Of a DNA stretch of 64,000 nucleotides, positions 40,072 to 59,326 are shown one piece after another. How positions within the stretch are numbered: the first letter of the stretch is position 1; each line of letters begins with the position of its first letter. A program made the translations under genes and the position numbers. The notes under the pieces are model-generated. The model was not told the DNA's origin, did no database searches, and worked only from the letters and a program-made list of their open reading frames with translations. The stretch is from contig CAXHJY010000740.1 in the NCBI GenBank assembly GCA_964016885.1, forward strand, positions 18,026-82,025, in the 5' to 3' direction. The stretch comes from Eledone cirrhosa (Eukaryota).

Positions 40072-40791
40072 TATATATATATATATATTCTCAGCGCTTA
40101 AAAGCCGAAAATTCGGCTTCGTACATTGTTTGTGTAAATAAAAAATATATATATATATATTTTAATTGCTATTATAAATGATGAAATAAATTAGGAGACC
40201 ACAATGTATCAAATACTACGTAGAAGGGTTTGAAAAATGTCTAACTACTTATGGAGCTCTTTAGTGTCAAGTGCAGCTTAATTAGCTAAGTTTCTTAAGT
40301 TACCATTGTTAAGCCGTTTGACTCAATACCACGAATATTAGGTTTCAGCCAACTGTATGACTGTGAATCTAGTAGGACGCTTCTGAAAGTGGCATAACGA
40401 TTTCTCCCATTGGCACAGGGCCATATATTTCTAGTGGATTGAAAGAATGCAGTGTAAGGAATACCTGCTGGCCGAGAAGACAACAATTCATATTATGTAA
40501 CCGCTGTTGTGATGTTGCCACTTCTAGAAGAGTTGCACGCCCCCACCACCACCACCACCACCACCCCCACTCACAGGAACTAGCACATCTGGAGTAAATT
40601 TTACAAAACTTTGAATCGAACCAGTAATTACAACAGGCAGGGTCAGGGTGTACCTATTCTAAACTGGATACACACAGATCTATTTTGTATTTTATTTTCA
40701 TTGGCAAGATACAATACAAAGAGGATTCGGGTCGAATTTTAATTTAGAACGTAGATGTACATAAAAAATATTTCTATCAGTGGTAAAAGGG

Positions 40792-42372
40792 CACACATCT
40801 GTAGGGCAGGGGTATACGTCAAACAATTGGTTCAGGATCACACATCTGTAAGGCAGGGGTATACGTCAAACAATTGGTTCAGGACCACACATCTGTAAAG
40901 CAGGGGTATACATCAAACAATTGGTTCAGGACCACACATCTGTAAAGCAGGGGTATACGTCAAACAATTGGTTCAAGACCACACATCTGTAAGGCAGGGG
41001 TATACGTCAAACAATTGGTACAGGACCTCACATATGTAAGGCAGGGGTATACGTCAAACAATTGGTACAGGACCTCACATATGTAAGGCAGGGGTATACG
41101 TCAAACAATTGGTTCAGGACCACACATCTGTAAAGCGGGGGTATACGTCAAACAATTGGTTCAAGACCACACATCTGTAAGGCAGGGGTATACGTCAAAC
41201 AATTGGTACAGGACCTCACATCTGTAAGGCAGGGGTATACGTCAAACAATTGGTACAGGACCTCACATCTGTAAGGCAGGGGTATACGTCAAACAATTGG
41301 TACAGGACCTCACATATGTAAGGCAGGGGTATACGTCAAACAATTGGTTCAGGACCACACATCTGTAAGGCAGGGGTATACGTCAAACAATTGGTACAGG
41401 ACCTCACATATGTAAGGCAGGGGTATACGTCAAACAATTGGTACAGGACCTCACATATGTAAGGCAGGGGTATACGTCAAACAATTGGTACAGGACCACA
41501 CATCTGTAAGGCCGGGGTATACGTCAAACAATTGGTACAGGACCTCACATATGTAAGGCAGGGGTATACGTCAAACAATTGGTACAGGACCTCACATATG
41601 TAAGGCAGGGGTATACGTCAAACAATTGGTACAGGACCTCACATATGTAAGGCAGGGGTATACGTCAAACAATTGGTACAGGACCTCACATCTGTAAGGC
41701 AGGGGTATACGTCAAACAATTGGTACAGGACCTCACATATGTAAGGCAGGGGTATACGTCAAACAATTGGTTCAGGACCACACATCTGTAAGGCAGGGGT
41801 ATACGTCAAACAATTGGTACAGGACCTCACATATGTAAGGCAGGGGTATACGTCAAACAATTGGTACAGGACCTCACATATGTAAGGCAGGGGTATACGT
41901 CAAACAATTGGTACAGGACCTCACATATGTAAGGCAGGGGTATACGTCAAACAATTGGTACAGGACCTCACATCTGTAAGGCAGGGGTATACGTCAAACA
42001 ATTGGCACAGGACCACACATCTGTAGGGCAGGGCCATACATCAAACAATTAGCACAGGACCACACATCTGAAGGGCAGGGGCATACATCAAATTGGCACA
42101 GGACGGGTATACGTCAACTGAGTCAACAAATTGGCACAGGGTCACACATGTAGGGCAGGGGTATACGTCAAACAATTAGCACGGGGCCACATATTTGTAG
42201 GGCAGGGGTATACATCAAACAATTGGCACGGGGCCACACATCTGAAGGGCAGGGGTATACGTCAACTGAGTCAACCAATTGACACAGGGTCACACATGTA
42301 GGGCAGGGGTATACGTCAAACTATTGGCACGGGGTCACATATTTGTAGGGCAGGGCTATACGTCAACTGGAT
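40792..42372. repeat. 47-bp minisatellite, ~33 copies, degenerate at the right end
   Basis: Unit CACACATCTGTAAGGCAGGGGTATACGTCAAACAATTGGTTCAGGAC. Confidence 0.96.
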
Positions 42373-43305
42373 CAACCATGGAGCAGAGTCAAAGCTACGT
42401 AGACTTTGGTATCAATTGAACTGAAAATGTTGTGGTTGTTGGACCTCCGTCGTTTCCGACGACAAGTGTTCCAGTTGATTCGATCGACGGAAGAACCAGT
42501 TCGAGAAATTAACGAACAAATGACCGAGTATTCCGTAGATATATGGCATAGCATTTGACAAGGGCGCCCTTTGGATTATTGGTACAACTCAAGGACAGAA
42601 CATACCACTGAGAATCGAACTTATGGTCGTGAGCCGAATACCTTAACAACTATTCCACGCGATTTCACTAACTCAAAACATACTAACTACTGTAAGACAT
42701 TTAAGCCGGTATTCTAACATGTTTTGTCCCTTCACTGCCTTAACTGTTCACATCCTGTAATGATGATTTAACAGAAAATATCTAAAAACAGATTTATCAA
42801 TTCAAATGTATTTAATATCTTTATTATTGACAGATAGTTTTGAAATGTTGCTGTATTAGGGTAAATACTTTAATTTTTTGTCTGATTCTGTCATAGGGCA
42901 GTTTTGTACTTTGTATGAATGTTTTCTTAAAACGGTTTTATTACAGGGCAAATACCTTTAACCGCCATTAACTTGCGAACGACTTCCACTTTTTTATTAA
43001 ATACGACGTGGCTTTTATACACTGAATTTTCGATTAAGAAACAAAATGATTTTTATAATTCACTTATGGAAGATAACGTTTTCACATAACTAAAGAAAGA
43101 CTATACTTCCATATCTTCTTCGAAATATATCCGGAACAAATACTTTGCTATTTTTAGGTTTTCTCTATGGAATAATAATTGGCAACTTTACCATACACAC
43201 AAATACACTCTATCAATATGGAAAGTTTTAACTAATCTAATTTTCTAACCATGTTCCAAATTTTAAGAATTCATAATTGCCATATTGCTTTTATAATGGT
43301 GTCTA

Positions 43306-43633
43306 ATTTAGGCACAAGGCCAGCAATTAACGAGTACATTACTGGTACTTTATTTTATCGACCCCCATAAGGATGAAAGGCACAGTTAACCGCGGCGGGA
43401 TTTGAACTCAGACCATAAAGGGCCGAAGCTCTTTGCTGCAAAGCATGGCGTCCGACCCTCTACCGATACTGCCAATCCAATTGCTTTTATAATGGTGTCT
43501 AATTTAGGCACAAGGTCAGCAATTTAAGGGTAAGGGAAAGTTGATCACATCGACCCGAGTAGTTGACTGGTATTTTTATTAATATTTTAACGACATCAGA
43601 AGTCTGAAATATGAAGTTGACTTTGGCGGAATT
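43306..43633 (-). mobile_element. Young SINE A inserted at the tail of an older SINE
   Basis: ATTGCTTTTATAATGGTGTCTAATTTAGGCACAAGG is duplicated at ~43284 and ~43480. Confidence 0.8.
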
Positions 43634-43841
43634 AACAAACAGAAGCAACTATCTTCTTCTATAGGTTTGTTGAGAGCTCATTTACATATAATACAGGCTA
43701 GCCATTTCGTGTTATGCGATGCCATGGTCCTTAGCCCCTAATAGTGTCGTAGAGGCTCTGAAGTGATTTACGGCGTGTCTTGAGTATTTAAACCTAGCTC
43801 TTCCCTCTCCGGGTTCGAATACAACATATTTCTTCATCTTC

Positions 43842-43889
<48 letters not shown>

Positions 43890-44073
43890 GAATCAACTCT
43901 AGTACAGGACTGGTACTTTTTAATCGACCTTGAAAGAATGAAAAGCAAATTTTACCTCAGTGGGATTTGAACTGAGTGAGCAATGATCAGGAACGAATAC
44001 CATGAAGCATTCTATCCAACTGTCTAGTCACTTTACCTATTTGTCGCTTAGCAGGCTTAATAGACTAGTATTA

Positions 44074-44212
44074 CCGTATTTCCCGGCGTCTAAGACGCTA
44101 CTTTTTCCCCTAAAATAAGTCCTGGAAGTCGAAGGTTGTTTATTATTTTTTTTTTTCTTCCAAATTTTTGGTTGTCAAAATTAGGGTGCGTCCTTGGCGC
44201 CGGGAAATACGG
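44074..44212. mobile_element. TcMar (Tc2/pogo-like) MITE
   Basis: TIR CCGTATTTCCCGGCG / CGCCGGGAAATACGG with TA on both sides. Confidence 0.85.
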
Positions 44213-44792
44213 TAATTAGTGACAACACAACAAAGGCATATAGGAACTATACATATGTTTATCATGTATAAAAACATACTGTGTATAGATCTATATACAT
44301 CTGTATTCTGAACCACGCTGTGTTAGTGGCATCGCTAGTTATATTATCTAAAGTATTTTTTAAAAAAGTACTTTAGATGGGTGTGATTTTAGGAAGATTT
44401 GACTGCTATTTATAGTAGATGGAGCGAGTGCATAGTGGCTTCTTATGAGTTTTTCTACAGTTTTGACCTCTAATCCTACTATCGATCTCAATAGAGATCA
44501 ATAATCAATAGGGATGATCATACATTGACCAGTGCATCTGATAAGGACAACAAAAAATATATCGATTCGTTCTATTTATCACACTTGCATCAAGTAGACA
44601 TTGATTGATTGATTGATTGATTGATTGATAATCGATATTTAAATCAGGATATTAAAGTAGCTTTATTGAATATATTAGACCCAGATTTTAGATTTAGGAA
44701 TAAATTCTTGACATCGTAAAAGAATCGATAAGTCTCCATTGGTGTTAAATCTGAACATCTCATTCATCTTCAATTAGTATTTCACTCTAAAT

Positions 44793-44958
44793 CAGTCATG
44801 TACAAACTTCAGCCCGCGAGCCGCATGCAGCCCGTTTTGGCTTTCTGAATGGCACGCCTAATTTCAAAGTTGCCTTGATGTTTTTTAATAGTGCGGCCCG
44901 CTTTATGATGAGCGACATCCTATGCGGTCCACGGCTCGAAAGAGGTTGTCCATGTCTG
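44793..44958. mobile_element. hAT (Charlie-like) MITE
   Basis: TIR CAGTCATGTACAA / TTGTCCATGTCTG; perfect 8-bp TSD CTCTAAAT (44785-44792, 44959-44966); GGCCCG-type subterminal motifs. Confidence 0.88.
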
Positions 44959-45345
44959 CTCTAAATTATAGCAGAGTGGTTAGGGTGTTCAATTCACCAT
45001 CGACAGGTGATGAGTTCGAGTCCTGGACAGGGACAGCTTGTTGTGTCCATGGACAAGACACTATTTCACGTCTGGCAAAGTTGTTAAAACGTCGACATTC
45101 TAGGACTGGTAGTATTAATATTTTAACACCTCTAATACATACGTACGTACGTACGTACGTACGTACATAGATACATACAGACGTATCTATCTCTCTCTCT
45201 ATATATATACATACACACACATACATACATATATATATATATATATACACATATATACACACACACATATATATGTACATATATATACATACACCTACAT
45301 ACAAGTAAACACCTCTAATACATACGAACGTACATAGATACATAC

Positions 45346-45418
<73 letters not shown>

Positions 45419-45837
45419 TACACACACATCACACACACATATATATATATATATACACACACATAAATATACATACACACACATCACACATATATATACA
45501 TACACACACACATAAATATACATACACACACATATATACACACACACACATATATATATACACACACACATATATATATATACATACACCTACATACAAG
45601 TAAAAACAGCACTGCGGTCTCCTGGTACGGACGCTGTAACCAACATCCCGGTAAGTACTTTCAAGAGAAACAATACAACAATGTATCAAAACACGTTAAT
45701 GTGATGTCATCCAGGAGCTGTTAGAATATTTATTTCTATTTCCATCAGTGTAGCGATGAGATCATTGGCCTCTAATGGTGATCTTGTAGACCCATACTAC
45801 ATACACCCATAACGATCTTCCCTAAAGACCCTCAATC

Positions 45838-48800
45838 TACTACATACATCCATAACGACCCCCCACTCTACTACATATTTCAATAACGACCCTCATTCTA
45901 CAACATATTTGAATAACGACCCTCATTCCATTACATATTTCAATAACGACCCTCATTCTACAACATATTTCAATAACGACCCTCATTCTACAACATATTT
46001 CAATAACGACCCTCATTCTACAACATATTTCAATAACGACCCTCATTCTACAACATATTTCAATAACGACCCTCATTCTACAACATATTTCAATAACGAC
46101 CCTCATTCCATTACATATTTCAATAACGACCCTCATTCTACAACATATTTCAATAACGACCCCCACTCTACTACATATTTCAATAACGACCCTCATTCTA
46201 CAACATATTTCAATAACGACCCTCATTCCATTACATATTTCAATAACGACCCTCATTCTACAACATATTTCAATAACGACCCTCATTCCATTACATATTT
46301 CAATAACGACCCTCATTCCACAACATATTTCAATAACGACCCTCATTCTACAACATATTTCAATAACGACCCTCATTCTACAACATATTTCAATAACGAC
46401 CCTCATTCTACAACATATTTCAATAACGACCCTCATTCTACAACATATTTCAATAACGACCCTCATTCTACAACATATTTCAATAACGACCCTCATTCCA
46501 TTACATATTTCAATAACGACCCTCATTCCATTACATATTTCAATAACGACCCTCATTCTACAACATATTTCAATAACGACCCTCATTCCATTACATATTT
46601 CAATAACGACCCTCATTCTACAACATATTTCAATAACGACCCTCATTCCATTACATATTTCAATAACGACCCTCATTCTACAACATATTTCAATAACGAC
46701 CCTCATTCTACAACATATTTCAATAACGACCCTCATTCTACAACATATTTCAATAACGACCCTCATTCCATTACATATTTCAATAACGACCCTCATTCCA
46801 TTACATATTTCAATAACGACCCTCATTCTACAACATATTTCAATAACGACCCTCATTCCATTACATATTTCAATAACGACCCTCATTCTACAACATATTT
46901 CAATAACGACCCTCATTCTACAACATATTTCAATAACGACCCTCATTCTACAACATATTTCAATAACGACCCTCATTCTACAACATATTTCAATAACGAC
47001 CCTCATTCTACAACATATTTCAATAACGACCCTCATTCCATTACATATTTCAATAACGACCCTCATTCTACAACATATTTCAATAACGACCCTCATTCCA
47101 TTACATATTTCAATAACGACCCTCATTCCATTACATATTTCAATAACGACCCTCATTCTACAACATATTTCAATAACGACCCTCATTCCATTACATATTT
47201 CAATAACGACCCTCATTCTACAACATATTTCAATAACGACCCTCATTCTACAACATATTTCAATAACGACCCTCATTCTACAACATATTTCAATAACGAC
47301 CCTCATTCTACAACATATTTCAATAACGACCCTCATTCCATTACATATTTCAATAACGACCCTCATTCCATTACATATTTCAATAACGACCCTCATTCTA
47401 CAACATATTTCAATAACGACCCCCACTCTACTACATATTTCAATAACGACCCTCATTCTACAACATATTTCAATAACGACCCTCATTCCATTACATATTT
47501 CAATAACGACCCTCATTCTACAACATATTTCAATAACGACCCTCATTCCATTACATATTTCAATAACGACCCTCATTCCATTACATATTTCAATAACGAC
47601 CCTCATTCCATTACATATTTCAATAACGACCCTCATTCCATTACATATTTCAATAACGACCCTCATTCTACAACATATTTCAATAACGACCCTCATTCCA
47701 TTACATATTTCAATAACGACCCTCATCCCATTACATATTTCAATAACGACCCTCATTCTACAACATATTTCAATAACGACCCTCATTCTACAACATATTT
47801 CAATAACGACCCTCATTCCATTACATATTTCAATAACGACCCTCATTCCATTACATATTTCAATAACGACCCTCATTCTACAACATATTTCAATAACGAC
47901 CCTCATTCCATTACATATTTCAATAACGACCCTCATTCTACAACATATTTCAATAACGACCCTCATTCCATTACATATTTCAATAACGACCCTCATTCCA
48001 TTACATATTTCAATAACGACCCTCATTCTACAACATATTTCAATAACGACCCTCATTCCATTACATATTTCAATAACGACCCTCATTCTACAACATATTT
48101 CAATAACGACCCTCATTCCATTACATATTTCAATAACGACCCTCATTCTACAACATATTTCAATAACGACCCTCATTCTACAACATATTTCAATAACGAC
48201 CCTCATTCCATTACATATTTCAATAACGACCCTCATTCCATTACATATTTCAATAACGACCCTCATTCTACAACATATTTCAATAACGACCCTCATTCTA
48301 CAACATATTTCAATAACGACCCTCATTCTACAACATATTTCAATAACGACCCTCATTCTACAACATATTTCAATAACGACCCTCATTCCATTACATATTT
48401 CAATAACGACCCTCATTCCATTACATATTTCAATAACGACCCTCATTCTACAACATATTTCAATAACGACCCTCATTCCATTACATATTTCAATAACGAC
48501 CCTCATTCTACAACATATTTCAATAACGACCCTCATTCTACAACATATTTCAATAACGACCCTCATTCCATTACATATTTCAATAACGACCCTCATTCTA
48601 CAACATATTTCAATAACGACCCTCATTCTACAACATATTTCAATAACGACCCTCATTCTACAACATATTTCAATAACGACCCTCATTCCATTACATATTT
48701 CAATAACGACCCTCATTCCATTACATATTTCAATAACGACCCTCATTCCATTACATATTTCAATAACGACCCTCATTCTACAACATATTTCAATAACGAC

Positions 48801-49602
48801 CCTCATTCTACAACATATTTCAATAACGACCCTCATTCTACAACATATTTCAATAACGACCCTCATTCTACAACGACCCTCATTCCATTACATATTTCAA
48901 TAACGACCCTCATTCCATTACATATTTCAATAACGACCCTCATTCTACAACATATTTCAATAACGACCCTCATTCCATTACATATTTCAATAACGACCCT
49001 CATTCTACAACATATTTCAATAACGACCCTCATTCTACAACATATTTCAATAACGACCCTCATTCTACAACATATTTCAATAACGACCCTCATTCTACAA
49101 CATATTTCAATAACGACCCTCATTCCATTACATATTTCAATAACGACCCTCATTCCATTACATATTTCAATAACGACCCTCATTCTACAACATATTTCAA
49201 TAACGACCCCCACTCTACTACATATTTCAATAACGACCCTCATTCTACAACATATTTCAATAACGACCCTCATTCCATTACATATTTCAATAACGACCCT
49301 CATTCTACAACATATTTCAATAACGACCCTCATTCCATTACATATTTCAATAACGACCCTCATTCCATTACATATTTCAATAACGACCCTCATTCTACAA
49401 CATATTTCAATAACGACCCTCATTCCATTACATATTTCAATAACGACCCTCATCCCATTACATATTTCAATAACGACCCTCATTCTACAACATATTTCAA
49501 TAACGACCCTCATTCCATTACATATTTCAATAACGACCCTCATCCCATTACATATTTCAATAACGACCCTCATTCTACAACATATTTCAATAACGACCCT
49601 CA
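45838..49602. repeat. 30-bp minisatellite, ~125 copies
   Basis: Unit CAATAACGACCCTCATTC(TACAA/CATTA)CATATTT; one 13-bp deletion at ~48872. Confidence 0.98.
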
Positions 49603-49789
49603 CTTATTCCAAATATAAAATAAATCTTTCTTTGATTATTTGATGAAACTGAATTCACACACACATACGTTACTTCAACTAAATTGTTGAGGGCTAGCTT
49701 TGTCACACACTCTGTTTCACTGAATCTCCCTGAGAACTACGTTAGTGGTACACATGTCTGTGAAGTTCTCGGCTACACACATATATATA

Positions 49790-50902
49790 TGAGAGAGAAG
49801 GGGAGAGAGAGAGAAGGGGAGAGAGAAAAGGGGAGAGAGAGAAAGGGGAGAGAGAGAAAGGGGAGAGAGAGAGAGAAAGGGGAGAGAGAGAGAGAAGGGG
49901 AGAGAGAGAGAGAAGGGGAGAGAGAGAGAAGGGGAGAGAGAGAGAAGGGGAGAGAGAGAGAAGGGGAGAGAGAGAAGGGGAGAAGGGGAGAGAGAGAAGG
50001 GGAGAAGGGAGAGAGAGAGAAGGGGTGTGAGAGAGAAGGGGAGTGAGAGAGAAGGGGAGAGAGAGAAGGGGAGAGAGAGAAGGGGAGAGAGAGAAAGGGG
50101 AGAGAGAGAGAGAGAAAGGGGAGAGAGAGAAGGGGAGAGAGAGAAAGGGGAGAGAGAGAGAGAGAAAGGGGAGAGAGAGAGAGAAAGGGGAGAGAGAGAG
50201 AGAGAAGGAGAGAGAGAGAGAAGGAGAGAGAGAGAGAAGGGGAGAGAGAGAGAGAGAAGGGGAGAGAGAGAAGGAGAGAAGGGGAGAAGGGGAGAGAGAG
50301 AAGGGGTGTGAGAGAGAAGGGGAGTGAGAGAGAAGGGGAGAGAGAGAAGGGGAGAGAGAGAAGGGGAGAGAGAGAAAGGGGAGAGAGAGAGAGAGAAAGG
50401 GGAGAGAGAGAGAGAGAAGGAGAGAGAGAGAGAAGGAGAGAGAGAGAGAAGGGGAGAGAGAGAGAGAAGGGGAGAGAGAGAGAAGGGGAGAGAGAGAAAG
50501 GGGAGAGAGAGAAAGGGGAGAAGGGGAGAGAGAGAAGGGAGAGAGAGAGAAGGGGAGAGAGAGAGAGAGAAGGGGAGAGAGAGAGAGAGAAGGGGAGAGA
50601 GAGAGAGAGAAGGGGTGTGAGAGAGAAGGGGAGTGAGAGAGAAGGGGAGTGAGAGAGAAGGGGAGTGAGAGAGAAGGGGAGTGAGAGAGAAGGGGTGTGA
50701 GAGAGAAGGGGTGTGAGAGAGAAGGGGGGTGTGAGAGAGAAGGGGAGTGAGAGAGAAGGGGTGTGAGAGAGAAGGGGTGTGAGAGAGAAGGGGTGTGAGA
50801 GAGAAGGGGTGTGAGAGAGAAGGGGTGTGAGAGAGAAGGGGTGTGAGAGAGAAGGGGTGTGAGAGAGAAGGGGTGTGAGAGAGAAGGGGTGTGAGAGAGA
50901 AG
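49790..50902. repeat. (GA)n/GAGAAGGG purine tract grading into a 15-bp GTGAGAGAGAAGGGG repeat
   Basis: Visible directly. Confidence 0.95.
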
Positions 50903-51212
50903 CGAATGTTTTACACAAAGGGTGAACATCTTATGCTATGCAAGGCTTTCTAAGACAGATCCTTAGAAAAACTAAATATATTCTACAGCCCGAAGCAAAG
51001 AGCGAGAGATTGGAAATAGTTCCTGATTAGACAAATAATTCAATTAAAATAATTATGTTAATTAATGTTAATTAATGCAAAATATTGTTATTTTATGTTT
51101 TTGTATGCTTTTATGAAATTCTATTCGAATAATTTTCTGATGCAACCATTCCGAATAAAGAAACATTCCCAAACCGTAGGTACTTTTTTACATTTATATA
51201 AATACATGCATG

Positions 51213-53393
<2,181 letters not shown>

Positions 53394-53395
<2 letters not shown>

Positions 53396-53824
53396 TATAA
53401 GATCAAAAGATGGTTAAAGGAGTTCAATATATTTTATTATGCGCATTTCAAAAACAAACATCATCAAACAATAATATTTGTGTTTTCATCAGATAAAACA
53501 GGAGAACATGATATGAAGGCTAAAAAAACACTTGTTGATAGTGCAGTTTTAAATCAACATATCAACATATGTTGATTTAAAACTGCACTATCAACAAGTG
53601 TTTTTTTAGCCTTCATATCATGTTCTCCTGTTTTATCTGATGAAAACACAAATATTATTGTTTGATGATGTTTGTTTTTGAAATACGCATAATAAAATAT
53701 ATTGAACTCCTTTAACCATCTTTTGATCTTATATTATGCATACTCCAGTCCCCACATACTGTAGAGTGCTTCTTATCCGATATCTGCATTGCTTTATTGT
53801 ACTACAATAAAACTCACCTCCTAC
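53394..53824 (+). mobile_element. HHR family H palindrome with two opposed hammerheads (-53430-53500, +53629-53699)
   Basis: ~170-bp arms centred at ~53563; both cores read CTGATGA...GAA-AT(G/A)CGCAT-A-ATAAAATA. Confidence 0.88.
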
Positions 53825-56262
<2,438 letters not shown>

Positions 56263-56816
56263 GGTGGCTGCCAACTCGTTTTCGAGTACGGCCACTACTT
56301 TATATCCATGTAGGAGAACCCCTACTGATGCGCTGAACGAGTGTGACTTTTTAGTCCAGCCAGCGACTTGAAAACTCTGGTACAAAGACTACACTTGTGA
56401 CAATTATTGACACATAGTGTTGGGCCCATGGTACCATGTGACGACAAGTGCAGAGAGATCTCCAGATATAAAGCAATGCCTGTGCCGTGAAGCTTTTATA
56501 GTGAGCAAAGGCACTGCACAAAGCCAGTCCCACTCTCTTAACCAAGATGATATTTACCAAAAAGAAGAACAAGTCAACATCATTGGATACCATCAGGGTT
56601 GCAGGTGTTATATCAGAGTTTTCCTTCTCCTTAGAATTCTGCCTTGACAAAGGCTAAGGGGTCATCTCTCCCGGTGATTTTGGATGGCCATTGACTCTTA
56701 AGAGCTCCTTTGCCCTTTGACAGGTTTTGTTTTTAGTCCTGCAGGATGTCCAAAGTCACCCTCCTCACCAAGAAACCTTGGTGGGGTTGCCAGTTTAGTC
56801 GCCAACGACCGACCAT
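56263..56816 (-). mobile_element. Non-autonomous bipartite RTE-derived element (copy 2, fuller length)
   Basis: RTE-like 5'UTR (GCGACTAAACTGGCAACCCC...AAAACCTGTCAAAGGGC) joined within ~550 bp to the 3' CxxC...KSH motif and tail. Confidence 0.7.
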
Positions 56817-56890
56817 GAGACAGGTTGTACTGGGATACATGTTACCAGTAGCACCAACTGGTGACCTGACATATACATATATATATATAC

Positions 56891-56943
<53 letters not shown>

Positions 56944-57031
56944 TATGCACGTATCGGTTTACGAACATTTATTATAATGCTCGGTTTGTTTGTTTGTACA
57001 CGTCACCTTTTTGTTCAACACTGACACAGGA

Positions 57032-57074
57032 ACGATCTACTAGTTTCAAGCTTATTAGCTATCGTCAGCATCGT
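57032..57074 (-). ncRNA. Minimal type I hammerhead (PLE type)
   Basis: ACGATG-CTGACGA-TAGCT(AATA)AGCTT-GAA-ACTAGT-A-GATCGT; palindromic stem III; one stem I mismatch. Confidence 0.72.
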
Positions 57075-57867
57075 ATACCTTCCTGCCAGATGGTTGAACG
57101 TCTGAAAGTATATACTTTCCTTATGCATATTAACTGCCGAGCAGCCTAATTTGCATATCGAGTGAGTTCAGTCGGCCGGGCGCACCGAAAACGATAAATG
57201 GAATAGAATGAAACGAAATTTCATTTCTCACTCTTAGTACGGCACTTAATATTTATTTACAGTTTTTAACAGAAAAAAAATTTGCTGCGAAATACATTTT
57301 TTTTTTAAAACAGATTTACAGTTTTTAACAACATAAAAAAAATGTCTTTAAACAATATATTGTTGCGATATACAGTTTAACATTTTTCGAAACATTTACC
57401 TTCGTGACGTATCGTGTAGTGGGTGAGCTAATAATTGAATGTCGATGATGATAATTTAGGACACTAAAAGTATCGCCGAGGGTTTTATTTCTTTTGATGG
57501 AAAACAGTGACCGTACTGCAGAATCGATTTCATAAAACGGAACTGTATGATCGTTAAATGTAGAAGGATGATGAAATTGTAAATAAGACAAAAGTATTAG
57601 AACAGTGGGAAATAACTCACCGAACGCGATAATTTTGGGGCCCCAGGGACCACATTTTTCAAGTTAGATATTTGAAACCGCGTCTATGTGCTTCCCTTGG
57701 CACTTTTTACATAGGTGTGTACATTTTAATGTCAGTCCAACCATGTCTACTACCATTTAACCGTGCACATTTGAATTTCAACCACCGCCCATTTCATAAA
57801 TATATATTAGATATGCTTTGAGAGGTCATGTTGCCAATAAAAATATTGCTAAACAAGTTCAGAAACG

Positions 57868-57869
<2 letters not shown>

Positions 57870-57934
<65 letters not shown>

Positions 57935-58101
57935 TATATATATATACACATATATATATATACACATATATACATACATACACATATATATATATACACA
58001 TATATATATATACACATATATATATATACACATACATATATATATATACATATATATATATACATATATATATACATATATATATATACATATATATATA
58101 C

Positions 58102-58132
<31 letters not shown>

Positions 58133-58149
58133 CATATATGTATACATAC

Positions 58150-58180
<31 letters not shown>

Positions 58181-58273
58181 CACATATATATATATGCATA
58201 TATATATACATATATATATACATATATATATATGCATATATATATACATATATACATATACATATATATATAC

Positions 58274-58308
<35 letters not shown>

Positions 58309-58550
58309 CATATATATACATATATGTAGGAGGTGAGTTTTATTGTAGTACAATAAAGCAATGCAGATATCGGATAAGAAGTACTCTACAGTTTGTATAC
58401 ATAATATATAAGATCAAAAGATGGTTAAATGAGTTCCATGTATTTTATATATGTTGATTTAAAACCTTCATATCATGTCTTCCCATTTTATCTGATGAAA
58501 ACACAAATGTTATTGCATGATGATATTTGTTTTTGATACATATATACATA

Positions 58551-58581
<31 letters not shown>

Positions 58582-58614
58582 ATACATATATATATATACA
58601 TATATATATTATAC

Positions 58615-58645
<31 letters not shown>

Positions 58646-58682
58646 CATATATATATATATACATATATATATATACATATAT

Positions 58683-58755
<73 letters not shown>

Positions 58756-58776
58756 CACATATATATATATATATAT

Positions 58777-58849
<73 letters not shown>

Positions 58850-59002
58850 CACATATATATATATATATACACATATATATACATATACATACATATATAT
58901 ATATACATATATATATATACATATATATATATACATATATATATATATACATATATATATATACATATATATATATATACATATATATATATACATATAT
59001 AT

Positions 59003-59084
<82 letters not shown>

Positions 59085-59098
59085 ATATATATATATAT

Positions 59099-59171
<73 letters not shown>

Positions 59172-59260
59172 CACATATATATATATATATACATATATAT
59201 ACATATATATATACATATATATATACATATATATACATATACATACATATATATATATAC

Positions 59261-59313
<53 letters not shown>

Positions 59314-59326
59314 TATACATATATAT
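57870..59326. repeat. (TA)n/TACA tracts with a truncated family H copy embedded at 58325-58536
   Basis: GTAGGAGGTGAG...TCTGATGAAAAC...TTTTTGA, cut inside the GAAA core. Confidence 0.9.

Noticed and set aside
40295-40486. Candidate minus-strand exon (GIPYTAFFQ...LTM|GTAACT)
   Set aside because: Splice-like sites only; no recognisable domain or partner exons
45840-49643. 1008- and 1244-aa ORFs as genes
   Set aside because: Explained by a stop-free 30-bp unit; open on both strands, no unique domain, and an internal frameshift
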